From assembly GCA_038734825.1 (NCBI GenBank), contig JAVYOD010000003.1:1-43859 (forward strand): a stretch of DNA of 43,859 nt, written 5' to 3'. Shown in pieces: positions 27,986 through 37,483 of the stretch. Origin of the DNA: Thermoplasmatales archaeon. Its GTDB lineage: Archaea > Thermoplasmatota > Thermoplasmata > Thermoplasmatales > GCA-001856825. The notes below the pieces were generated by a model. That model ran no database searches, had not been told where the DNA came from, and saw only the letters and a program-made list of their open reading frames with translations. The position numbers were made by a program, and so were the translations under genes. Numbering within the stretch: the stretch's first letter is position 1; each line of letters opens with the position of its first letter.

Positions 27986-29393
27986 ATAGCTCGACGCTTA
28001 ATTTCCAATGTATATTAATATATTATTAAATGTCGTACTTTTCAGTGAATATTGTAAGAACTAGAAACTAGAACTACTCAAACAAATTCACCTATAATAA
28101 ATCTTTAAGACCAAAAATTTGGCATTAATTTTACAATTTTGAATTTCTGGATTTTACCAAAATCTAGATGTAAAATCTATTTAAAAGCACAAATTCAATA
28201 AAAAAATTAGCAACTTTCTATCAAAATCAAAACTTCCTGTAGCAGGATTTTTGGAGGTGGAAACAGGTGCATTATGATCTCTTGATATTGATAGCAACAT
28301 TGCAAAATCGCTATGTTATTTATGGATGAGCATCTCCTTTTTTTATAACGATATAAAATCTATTTTTTTCCCTTACTAATTTGAAGCTTGGTATATTTTA
28401 TGAATTGACATTTTCCGTTATATATGCTCTCTACATCCTTTATGTTAGCTATTGCCTAATTAAGAATGTATACGTCACAGTCTCCAGGAGTGCGCTACGA
28501 TTCAGGATACCTATAGCATTTTCCATCTAATTGTTAATTTACACTGCTTATTACACCCTTCCTTTTTTGTGAATATTTATCAATTTATATTGAACAACTA
28601 GCCTATTTACTCTATTTTTGAAAGGGGGGTATGAGTATCTTAAATGAAGCACGGGACAGAAACCTGAAATTTGATTAAAGTTAAGCATTGTGGTTACAAA
28701 AAGACTATTACTATCTCTCCTAATCAATTTCATAATCAAATTGATGGTAGCGGGGAAGAGACACTAGGAGCTCAGTAATCCAGAGAAGAATTTCACAAAG
28801 ATAAAGAGGTCGAGCCCTTCTCATCTTTTAGCAACCTTCAACATTGAGGAAAATACCTATCACTTTTAGGTAACCTATGCGGAGCAGATTATATTTTTTA
28901 TAAGACAGCTCTAGTTTTTAGGGCTTTTGGAGTGGTAATAATGCAGATAGCCTTGAAAGATTGGAATATAATCCTGATGTGGAATATTCTTAGTTTTTCA
29001 TCACTATACCTACACATAGAAGCATATATAGAATATTTTGAGTAATAAATCACAAGTTTGCGATTGGGGAAAATATTGCAGTTATGAGGTTTAAGTATCG
29101 AGTTCAAATCCCTTTGGAGAAGGCTGTCAAAGATGGCAGCACCAAGGAAAATTGTTGATGGTTTCAAACCCTGACCGCATTTTTTATAGGATGATAAAAG
29201 CAGAACTAAAGGCAAAAACGTCAAAACCAAGGCTAAAGAACGATTCTCACTTCCAACTATCAGTGAGGGTTTAGTTACAATCTAGATTCACGAAATTTTA
29301 TAACGGGTCTGATTAAATGAGAAGTATTACAGCTACGATTCCAAAGATAAAAGTGTGTTAGCATCTACGGAGTAGCACAGGGTGGAATAAATA

Positions 29394-29978
29394 TCATCCC
29401 TCTTGTTTAAAAAAGAAAAGGTGAATGAGCACAAGTGCGTCCACTACTGTTATACCGAAAATCTCCCCTTCCGCTACCGACTTCCAGGGAACCAGGGCGT
29501 ATATTATCCAGGAAGCCAGAATAGTCGTTAACATTAGCGATCCAGGTATCAGGTCACCTAGCTTCATGACACCAACGGAGATGGTCCCATAAGAGATAGA
29601 TGCTAAGATAAAAAACCAAATGGATACAAAGTCGTGAGGATAGGTGCCTTCGTGATATATCCCAATTAGAGCTAAAAAAATACCTGAAATTATGAAGAAA
29701 GAAAAACCTGACCCCTCTATTCTGTTTCTGGATATCGATACCATTAGGGACGCAAATATTATGAGAAGCACTGACGTTATTATTAACCCCCCATCGTACA
29801 CAATCGGTAGAGTCGGTGCAGGATGTCCATTGGCAGTGAGGTTACCGCCACCTAGGTCGCTAAGGGCATTAGCTTCTAAAGAGAACCAAGGATTTAAGTA
29901 CGAAGAAATCGCAATTGTGAGCCAGGCTGAGACAATTCCAAGGATTCCAAACAAAGATGCTAATTTCAATGTTTTCAT
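29394..29978 (-). CDS. DUF998-family membrane protein
   Basis: NPWFS...NALSDLG, FLALIGIY, PHDFVS, multiple TM segments. The ATG at 29978 is preferred as start. Confidence 0.8.
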   Translation of the reverse strand: MKTLKLASLFGILGIVSAWLTIAISSYLNPWFSLEANALSDLGGGNLTANGHPAPTLPIVYDGGLIITSVLLIIFASLMVSISRNRIEGSGFSFFIISGIFLALIGIYHEGTYPHDFVSIWFFILASISYGTISVGVMKLGDLIPGSLMLTTILASWIIYALVPWKSVAEGEIFGITVVDALVLIHLFFFKQEG

Positions 29979-30145
29979 GAATGAATATGCATTCGCCAAG
30001 AAAATAATTTGTGAGTTATATTTTGATTTTTATCCTGATTTTCGCATTATTAGAATTATACTTACCTAGAAGAACTACCATATACTGTCTAGCTGCTTTC
30101 AGACTCAAAGGAAAGTTATTTCATTTCATTAAAGATATCTAGGCA

Positions 30146-30667
30146 ATGACAGATCTCAGAGATCAGGTCGCGGAAGATAGAGGGATAATAAAGAGGATAC
30201 AATTAATATTTCCTGGGTACCACGGCTATAGGGTAAATGAGGATCTGAGAGATGCTGATATAATACTAAAGGATGAACTGTACAAGAGAATGCTAAACTG
30301 TATTGGAAAGCTTAAAACGGCGGAACAGGCGCTCGTTGGAAGAGGCTCTTTTAATCTTCTAGAGTACTTCGGCCCTCTAAGATCAAAGATACAGACGGCT
30401 GCAGAGGACGTAAAGCATCACGGGGCAGGGTACACCGGGATATCCCCTCCGATTAGGGTAGATGCGAAGAAGATATCTTCCCTGTATGACCTTGATATGA
30501 AAATATTTGAAAAGATACAGGGAATAGAATACGCTGTTGACTCACTCTTAAAGTCGTGCGTATCTGGAAATCCTGATATTTCTAGTTTTTCTAACATTGA
30601 TTCCCTCGTGAATGAAGTAACTTCGCTAAACAATAGTAGAGATTCGCTCCTATACGGGGGTGTGTAA
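30146..30667 (+). CDS. Uncharacterised all-helical protein, first gene of the SPFH operon
   Basis: 173 aa with PGYHGY..EDLRDAD and GAGYTG...LYDLD motifs. TATA-like element upstream. Stop directly abuts the next start. Confidence 0.8.
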   Translation: MTDLRDQVAEDRGIIKRIQLIFPGYHGYRVNEDLRDADIILKDELYKRMLNCIGKLKTAEQALVGRGSFNLLEYFGPLRSKIQTAAEDVKHHGAGYTGISPPIRVDAKKISSLYDLDMKIFEKIQGIEYAVDSLLKSCVSGNPDISSFSNIDSLVNEVTSLNNSRDSLLYGGV

Positions 30668-31843
30668 ATGGTTTTCGGGAATAAATCAAGTGACATCCCT
30701 AAAAAAGGGGGTAGCGTCTTCGGATCCACCACATTCGAATGGGAAGACATGTATAAGCAAGGCAATATAATGTGGAAGGTACCTAGGCTGATAAGGCTTA
30801 ACGACAACGTGGTAGTGAGGGAGGACGAAACCGCAGTATTTTTCAGAGATGGAAAGGCAATCTGGTACATAGACAAACCGGGTAGGTACGCCCTAACTGA
30901 TTTGAACGCTCCCATCGTAGGAGGGCTCGTCAAAGTTTTGTCCGGTGTTCAGCAGCAGGCATATGTTTACTACCTCCAAAGAAGGATAATAGATGGAAAA
31001 TTTGGTTCAAAGGAACCTTATGCGTTTAGGGACAAGGATTTTGATATAGTTATGCTCAGGCTCTTCGGAGAAGTAAGGTATAGGATATCTGATCCAGCCA
31101 TTTTCGTCAACCAATTTGTGGGAACATTTAACGCTGAAACTAGCGCAGACGTTGAGGACAGGATCAGGGACCAGCTTGTTCTCCTTGTATACAACGTTCT
31201 GGGCAAGATGAAAGACCAAGGGATATCTGTCCTTGATATTCCTTCAAATCTTATGAACATCGAGGAAGCAGTTCTCGCTCTTTCCAAAAGTGCATTCGAT
31301 CAGTATGGGATAGAAATAAACAAAATCTCAGGGCTGAGTATATCATTACCTGAGGATGTCCAGAAGGCTGTTGATACCAGGTCCAGCATGAGGGTTGTTG
31401 GTGCGAATTACTTACAGTTCCAAGCTGGTAAGGCTATGGAAGACGCTGCTAAGAATCCGAGCGGAGGGGCATCTGCTGGTCTTGGTCTGGGTATGGGGAT
31501 AGGCGCTGGAGGCGGAATGGCTTACCCTATGGCTAGCAATATAATGCAAGGCATGACCCAGCAAATCCCTGCTGGTGGAGAACAGTCCGCTCCACGAAAA
31601 TTAAAGAAATGTCCAAAATGCCAAAGCGATGTTGATGAAAACGCTAAGTTCTGCCCGAACTGTGGTTATGACTTGATGAGCACAGAAACGATCAAATGTC
31701 CTTACTGCGGGAAGGAAATTCCAAAAAGTTCAAAATTTTGTCCTGAATGCGGGAAAGCGATAGTGCAAAAATGCAGTAAGTGCGGGGCAGATATTCCACC
31801 TGGAAGCAAGTTCTGCCCCAACTGCGGAGAAAAGGTGATCTGA
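30668..31843 (+). CDS. SPFH (band 7, YdjI-like) domain protein with three C-terminal zinc ribbons
   Basis: VVREDETAVFFRDGK...PGRY, RLFG, SISLPEDVQKAVD, Gly-rich GLGLGMGIG linker, three CxxC-x10-CxxC units. Confidence 0.9.
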   Translation: MVFGNKSSDIPKKGGSVFGSTTFEWEDMYKQGNIMWKVPRLIRLNDNVVVREDETAVFFRDGKAIWYIDKPGRYALTDLNAPIVGGLVKVLSGVQQQAYVYYLQRRIIDGKFGSKEPYAFRDKDFDIVMLRLFGEVRYRISDPAIFVNQFVGTFNAETSADVEDRIRDQLVLLVYNVLGKMKDQGISVLDIPSNLMNIEEAVLALSKSAFDQYGIEINKISGLSISLPEDVQKAVDTRSSMRVVGANYLQFQAGKAMEDAAKNPSGGASAGLGLGMGIGAGGGMAYPMASNIMQGMTQQIPAGGEQSAPRKLKKCPKCQSDVDENAKFCPNCGYDLMSTETIKCPYCGKEIPKSSKFCPECGKAIVQKCSKCGADIPPGSKFCPNCGEKVI

Positions 31844-32757
31844 TGTATTGCAGAAAATGTGGAGCACAGATTCCAGACGATTCATTATTCTGCCCAAAAT
31901 GCGGTGCTAAACAGAATGGGAACCAGGCGGAACAGCAGACGCCAAAGGATGAGGAGGAGATATTAAAGGAAATGAAGTGCCCTAGCTGCGGTGCGCCTTT
32001 AAATCCAGCCGCCGGAGAAGCCATGGTCGTTTGCACATACTGTGGAACGCCTATATCTCTCGGCTCACTTGGGTGGTCCAGGGTAAAAAAACATTTCATC
32101 TTAGATATTAAGGTCGCATTAAAGGAACAAGCAGAGGAAATTTCTAAGCAATTTCTGGACAGGAGTTTATTTCACAGGCACCTTTTCGAAAAGAGCGTTC
32201 TCACTAAGGTTGAGTTGAATTATGTTCCTTACTGGGTAATCGATGCAGGATACTCCGCTCAGTATAAATATAGAAGGGAACAGGTTAATCCCGGAGGCTT
32301 TGTTGGGGTTGGGTTCGGTGGAAGGGGTGGCTTCGGGGGTCCAGCGGTAAACTTGCAAACTGTTATCGAAACGGGCACTGATGTTGACCAGGTCAGTTAT
32401 CCGGTAGTTGCTGTAGATAATCTAAACCAGTATCAACCACCCGACTATATTTTCAATCTCTCGCAGAAGAGAGAGCTGTCTTCAAAAGACCTATCTGGAC
32501 CAGTGAAATTGATGAACGGTACTATGGGAGAAGAAAAGGCGAAGGTGGAATGCAAGGTTAGGCTGCAGCAATGGGTCATCAGAAAACTTCAAAAGAGGGT
32601 TCGAGGCTTCCAATCTGCTGAGGTTAATGTGGACATAGCTGATATCTACCTAGTCCACATCCCCATTTGGACACTCGTATTCACGAGAAAATCTGAGAAT
32701 ATATTCCTCCTGTTGGATGGTCACAACGCTGCAATAATGGAAGATGTAAGGGTTTAG
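31843..32757 (+). CDS. Zinc-ribbon domain protein (YdjG-like)
   Basis: TGATG overlap with SD GGTGA places the start at 31843. CRKC..CPKC and CPSC..CTYC ribbons, YVPYW, HIPIW, LLDG.N. Confidence 0.82.
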   Translation: MYCRKCGAQIPDDSLFCPKCGAKQNGNQAEQQTPKDEEEILKEMKCPSCGAPLNPAAGEAMVVCTYCGTPISLGSLGWSRVKKHFILDIKVALKEQAEEISKQFLDRSLFHRHLFEKSVLTKVELNYVPYWVIDAGYSAQYKYRREQVNPGGFVGVGFGGRGGFGGPAVNLQTVIETGTDVDQVSYPVVAVDNLNQYQPPDYIFNLSQKRELSSKDLSGPVKLMNGTMGEEKAKVECKVRLQQWVIRKLQKRVRGFQSAEVNVDIADIYLVHIPIWTLVFTRKSENIFLLLDGHNAAIMEDVRV

Positions 32758-32792
32758 CGGAAGATTATTTTATATCCGCCAAATTTAGGGCA

Positions 32793-34493
32793 ATGATTCG
32801 ATACTCATTGGACCTTGCAGATATAACGCAAGGCACTGTAAATGTTGTAATGGAGTTCCCCGCAGAGGGAAACTGCGAGGTTGTGATGCCTGTCTGGACC
32901 CCTGGATCATATTCTATTCGTGACTTTTCCCGTCACATATTCGATCTTGTGTCACCAAGCAAGATAATTCAGGAATCAAAAAATAGATGGAAGGTTGAGC
33001 CCAAAGACGGCAGGGTTGAAATAAGGTACAGCGTATTTTGCGACGAATTATCTACTCAGACAAGTTACGCGAGCAGTGATTTTACATTGCTCAACGGAGC
33101 TGGAATATTCGCATACGTTGAAGGAAGAAAGGGGGAGGCCTGTGAAGTCAGGCTACAAAACCTTAGAGGAAAGAAAGTAGCTACAGGACTTGATGGAGAA
33201 GATAATGTTCTATATTCAGAAGATTATGACCAATTGGTTGATTCACCTCTCTTGATTGGAGAATTCACAGAATTGGAATTCAGTGTTATGGGAAAGCAGC
33301 ACTCAATCGCCTGGCACGGGCTGATGCCAGTCCCAGCTGAAAGGGTTGTGAGTGATTTCAAAAAGATTGTTGAGGAAGAAGGGAAAGTATTTAGGGATCT
33401 GCCCTACAAGAGATATGTTTTCATAATTATTTCAATGCCGGATGAAATCTACGGAGGTCTTGAACACAGAAACAGCACAGTAATTATAACAAATGGTAAC
33501 AAGCTGGTTGACACAGCACAATACACGCTTTTCCTGTCAACTGTATCACATGAATTTTTCCATACCTGGAACGTTAAGAGGATCAGGCCCAGGGAACTAG
33601 GTCCATTTGATTATACCAGGGAAGTGTACACGAATTTGCTTTGGTTAAGCGAAGGTTTTACCTCATACTATGAATGGTTAATATTGTGGAGGGCGGGGAT
33701 CGTCACGGAGGAAGAGTATTTCAATCACTTATCAAAAATGATTGAATATTACTGGCTCCAGCCTGGCCATTCTTACCCGGCTGATCTTTCATCTTTTAAC
33801 ACCTGGATAAAGTATTACAAACCTGACGGAAACATATTGAACGCATATGTATCTTACTATCTAAAAGGTGAGTTGATTGCGCTAGCTTTAAACTGCTATA
33901 TATTAGGGGAGACTGGAGGGAAGAATAGCCTTGACGATCTCTTCAGAGCTATCTACGAGGAGTTCAAGAAGAACGGAGAAGGGATAGACAAGAAGAAACT
34001 TATTGAACGTTTAAATCAAATTGTTGGGAAAGATTCTTCTGCGCTCATTGCTCAGTTTACCGAGGGGTACGAAGAAATCGATTTTGCTCATTACCTAAGG
34101 AAGTTGGGTTATTCACTCGAGATGAAAGTAAGAGAAGCTCAACCTCTGGGATTCATTGGTCTGGTTCTCACAGATTCCAAAGGTAAGATTAATGTGCGTG
34201 GTGTGCTAAAACGCTATCCTGCATTCAATGCAGGAATTCTTCCTGGCGACGAGGTCGTGGCTGTCAACGGGCAGCGCTTTACGGAATTTTTCACGAGAGA
34301 AATATCACCCGAAATTAGGAATTTCAAGCTTGATGATCTAAAATGGGTCAGGCCTGGGGAGGAAGTATCCTTACAAGTGTTCAGGAACAACAGGCTTCTT
34401 AGCTTCAGCTTACGGGCGGTCGAGGAACCTCCGACTGTATCGCTTGTAAAAAAGGAAGAAAGCAAATTGAAAGATAAGATGCTACGGGGCTGA
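32793..34493 (+). CDS. M61-family (glycyl aminopeptidase-like) metallopeptidase with PDZ domain
   Basis: MPVWTPGSY, LVDSP, GGLEH, HEFFHTWNVKR, LWLSEG, YYLKG, PDZ AGILPGDEVVAVNG. No signal peptide. Confidence 0.92.
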   Translation: MIRYSLDLADITQGTVNVVMEFPAEGNCEVVMPVWTPGSYSIRDFSRHIFDLVSPSKIIQESKNRWKVEPKDGRVEIRYSVFCDELSTQTSYASSDFTLLNGAGIFAYVEGRKGEACEVRLQNLRGKKVATGLDGEDNVLYSEDYDQLVDSPLLIGEFTELEFSVMGKQHSIAWHGLMPVPAERVVSDFKKIVEEEGKVFRDLPYKRYVFIIISMPDEIYGGLEHRNSTVIITNGNKLVDTAQYTLFLSTVSHEFFHTWNVKRIRPRELGPFDYTREVYTNLLWLSEGFTSYYEWLILWRAGIVTEEEYFNHLSKMIEYYWLQPGHSYPADLSSFNTWIKYYKPDGNILNAYVSYYLKGELIALALNCYILGETGGKNSLDDLFRAIYEEFKKNGEGIDKKKLIERLNQIVGKDSSALIAQFTEGYEEIDFAHYLRKLGYSLEMKVREAQPLGFIGLVLTDSKGKINVRGVLKRYPAFNAGILPGDEVVAVNGQRFTEFFTREISPEIRNFKLDDLKWVRPGEEVSLQVFRNNRLLSFSLRAVEEPPTVSLVKKEESKLKDKMLRG

Positions 34494-35162
34494 AATGCCC
34501 CTTATTATTTCCCTCAGGAGTGATACCATATCCTCTCTTTTCAACCTACCAGTATTAACATTTCTTGGGCTCGGATGGTAGGAGCAGTAGACGGATATGT
34601 TACCAATTTCATACCTAATTCCATGCGCGAATTTCCAGGATTTAACATTATAACCGTTGCTCTTGAGGTAAAGCTTGAAACGTTCGAATGCGATATTCCC
34701 AAGCACTAAAACCGCCCTGAGTTTTTTCATGCTTTCTATTTCGAATCTGAGATAATCCGAACAGTTGTCCATCTCTTCCCTCGTGGGTTTGTCATTAGGT
34801 GGAACACATTTCAAAACAGCTGTTATGTAAGCGTCTTTTAGAATAAGACCATCATCTATGGAGATCGAATCGGGCTTGTTTGATATTCCAACCTCGTAAA
34901 GACATGAAAACAGGAAGGATGCACTCTTATCACCTGTAAATACCCTGCCGGTTCTGTTCCCACCGGTAGCCGCAGGAGCTAGGCCTAGTATTAGGAGTCT
35001 GGAATTTATATCTCCGAAACCGGGAACAGGTTTACTCCAAAAATCCTCTCCAGAAAATTTCTTCCTCATCGATGCTACTTCAACCCTGAATTTAACAAGT
35101 CTCGGACACCTCGTGCATTGAACGAGTACGGAGTTCATTTCTGAGAGGGAGTTGAATTTCAT
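34482..35162 (-). CDS. udgB: Uracil-DNA glycosylase family 5 (UdgB, 4Fe-4S)
   Basis: CTRCPRL, PVPGFG, GLAPA, NRTGRVFTGD, KCVPP, YHPSPRN. Confidence 0.92.
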   Translation of the reverse strand: MKFNSLSEMNSVLVQCTRCPRLVKFRVEVASMRKKFSGEDFWSKPVPGFGDINSRLLILGLAPAATGGNRTGRVFTGDKSASFLFSCLYEVGISNKPDSISIDDGLILKDAYITAVLKCVPPNDKPTREEMDNCSDYLRFEIESMKKLRAVLVLGNIAFERFKLYLKSNGYNVKSWKFAHGIRYEIGNISVYCSYHPSPRNVNTGRLKREDMVSLLREIIRGISAP

Positions 35163-35902
35163 ATGTTCACCCTAAAAGCTTTGTCTGTTATAATTCTTAG
35201 AAGAAGCTGCCTAATATCTAAGGGAGAGCTAAGCCTGAACCTGGCATTGGTGAAACCTTCTCCCACTTTAATTGTGATGTGCTGCTCAAGCATCTTAAAT
35301 GCCTCTTCATCAGTGTTGTCATCGCCCGCAAATACGATAAAATCTCCAGGGATCATTCTATTCTTGATCGCAGTCCCCTTGTTTATGCCTCTGATTCTCA
35401 ATTCAAATATGTATTTACCAGAATATAATTCGAAACCATCCTCTCTTATGGAGCCTATTTCCCTCGTTAAGATATCCCATTTATCCTTGGAAACGTGGTA
35501 GTAGTGGAACATAACACCCCCACCTTTATCTTTTATAACTAGGCCCGGAAACAGGGATTTTAGGTATCCGTACTTAAATGCGATTTCCTTTGATCTTTTC
35601 ACATAAAACTCGAAGTTTTCTATTTCATCCTTATTTCCATCCTGGTCACAGAACTGGGCGCCGTGCATCGCTATTACGTTGAAACCTGGACCTACAAGAC
35701 CGAGAAGGTCTGCCAGGGATCTCCCAGTAACTAAGTATGTAGGTACAACGGAGCTTAATCTCCGAAGGATTGAGAGAAGATTTTCATCTGGCGTAGCCAG
35801 GGCAGGATCGGTAGTTATGTTCACTAGGGTACCGTCGTAATCAAGAAAAGCCTTAGTAATACCGCCCTTCTTTTTAATCTCATTTAATATCTCTTCCAAC
35901 AT
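35159..35902 (-). CDS. otsB: Trehalose-6-phosphate phosphatase (HAD IIB)
   Basis: FLDYDGTL, VTGR, HG, GK..FE, NKG, AGDDNTDEEAF. Confidence 0.9.
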   Translation of the reverse strand: MLEEILNEIKKKGGITKAFLDYDGTLVNITTDPALATPDENLLSILRRLSSVVPTYLVTGRSLADLLGLVGPGFNVIAMHGAQFCDQDGNKDEIENFEFYVKRSKEIAFKYGYLKSLFPGLVIKDKGGGVMFHYYHVSKDKWDILTREIGSIREDGFELYSGKYIFELRIRGINKGTAIKNRMIPGDFIVFAGDDNTDEEAFKMLEQHITIKVGEGFTNARFRLSSPLDIRQLLLRIITDKAFRVNI

Positions 35903-35940
35903 TTTAGATTACCTTGCCTTCTCAGTTCAATACCCACAAA

Positions 35941-37446
35941 TCACTTAAATATATCAAAGGTTGTCTGGACGTTCCTTCTATCGTCAGATAGAATATACCG
36001 CATTTTCCTCTCCTTCCTGTTAGCGGAGTAAAGATAGGATAGGTCTCTAGAATTTTCCATAAGAAGGATGAATACTCTACCTCTTCCAAACCTTCCTGTT
36101 CTGCCCTTTCTCTGTATTGATCTAATTTCACTGGGAACAGGCTCGTAGAATATTACTGTATCTGCAGACGGAATGTCAAGACCTTCCTCACCGACCTGTG
36201 TTGCAACTATAATTTTTATTTCACCATCACGGAACTTTTTGATGACCAGACCCTGCTCCTTTTGGCTCATACCTTTCCAATCACTTCTTGGGCTCTGGCC
36301 TATGAACTTTTCGCATAGGAAACCCTCATTCTTAAGGATTCGTGTTAGTACCTCAGCTGTGAGGCGATAGTGGCAGAAGACTATCGCCTTGGAATACTGA
36401 TTTTCGCTCAATATCTTTATGACGGACTGCATCTTTGGAGTATGCTCCTCAATTTTACCTTTAGTTAGTTCTTCTATTTTCTGCTCGATCGAGAGCATTC
36501 TCGGATCCTTGAAGATGACTGACGCCTTCCTGTTGTTTTCTTTTGTTTCCTTGATATATTCCTTAAGTGGAAGAAGCCCCTGTGTTTCAGCGAATTCAAT
36601 GAAATAATCGAGTATTATAGCAGCCGTCCGGAGCTTCGCAGCTGCGTAGAAATATTTGTTGCCTTTTCTGATCTCTGATGATATCATGTCCCCAAGGGCA
36701 ATCAGATCCTTCCTTGATTTTATTTCCGTGTTTATAGAGAAGTTCGAGAATTTTTGAACTGTATCTAAAAACATTTCCCTAAGCTGGGAAACCACTTCAG
36801 CGTATTTCGCGGGCATCTGAATCTTTACCTGGTTTACCTCTATCCCTTTCAAGTAGGGAATGACGTCTGGCGACTTCTCATCCCTGATCTCTATGTTTTC
36901 AATATGTAGGTTTTTGACTATTTGGTCTATCTTCGCGTAATCCCCCCCTGGGGAAGCAGTGGTTGCTATTATTCTAGAATTATTGAAGAATTCCGCTATC
37001 CTCACGTATGCATAATTTCCTATTGCTCTGTGGGCCTCGTCAAAAACAACCACAACTACTTTTTTCCTTATTTCAAAGAGGAGATCCTGATCATTGTCTA
37101 TGACTTGGGGTGTGGAGACAATGATCCTGCCAGTTTCATAGAGTTTTTTCCTTTCTTCTTTTTTAATTTCTCCTGTAACTTCAACTATTTCGTAATCCTC
37201 GAGGGTAAGGAACTTTCTCAATGTTTCGCAATGCTGATGAACCAACGGCCTAGTTGGTGCAAGAAAAATGCATTTCCCGCCATCCTTTATTAATATTGAT
37301 ATAGCTATTATAGCTATCACAGTCTTTCCCAAAGCGGTGGGTATAACGACTAGCGTGTTCTTTTCTACGGCCTTCGTTGCAATTTTATCCTGATATTCCC
37401 TAAATTCTATGAGGTCTTCCCTGAGGATGTTGGAATATCTAGGCAC
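35941..37446 (-). CDS. Hef/FANCM-like SF2 helicase without ERCC4 nuclease domain
   Basis: REYQ, PTALGKT, DEAH, TASPG, EEGLDIP, QRKGRTGR. Ends at 501 aa with QTTFDIFK. Confidence 0.88.
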   Translation of the reverse strand: MPRYSNILREDLIEFREYQDKIATKAVEKNTLVVIPTALGKTVIAIIAISILIKDGGKCIFLAPTRPLVHQHCETLRKFLTLEDYEIVEVTGEIKKEERKKLYETGRIIVSTPQVIDNDQDLLFEIRKKVVVVVFDEAHRAIGNYAYVRIAEFFNNSRIIATTASPGGDYAKIDQIVKNLHIENIEIRDEKSPDVIPYLKGIEVNQVKIQMPAKYAEVVSQLREMFLDTVQKFSNFSINTEIKSRKDLIALGDMISSEIRKGNKYFYAAAKLRTAAIILDYFIEFAETQGLLPLKEYIKETKENNRKASVIFKDPRMLSIEQKIEELTKGKIEEHTPKMQSVIKILSENQYSKAIVFCHYRLTAEVLTRILKNEGFLCEKFIGQSPRSDWKGMSQKEQGLVIKKFRDGEIKIIVATQVGEEGLDIPSADTVIFYEPVPSEIRSIQRKGRTGRFGRGRVFILLMENSRDLSYLYSANRKERKMRYILSDDRRNVQTTFDIFK

Positions 37447-37483
37447 ATATGTTAATAATTTTCAGGCTTTAACCTTGGCATTT

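Noticed and set aside
28748-29117. TAGCGGGGA (28748) and GTTCAAATCCC (about 29102) as att-site copies of tRNA-Ser
   Set aside because: The matches are short or mismatched, 350 nt apart, and expected by chance. No integrase is present.
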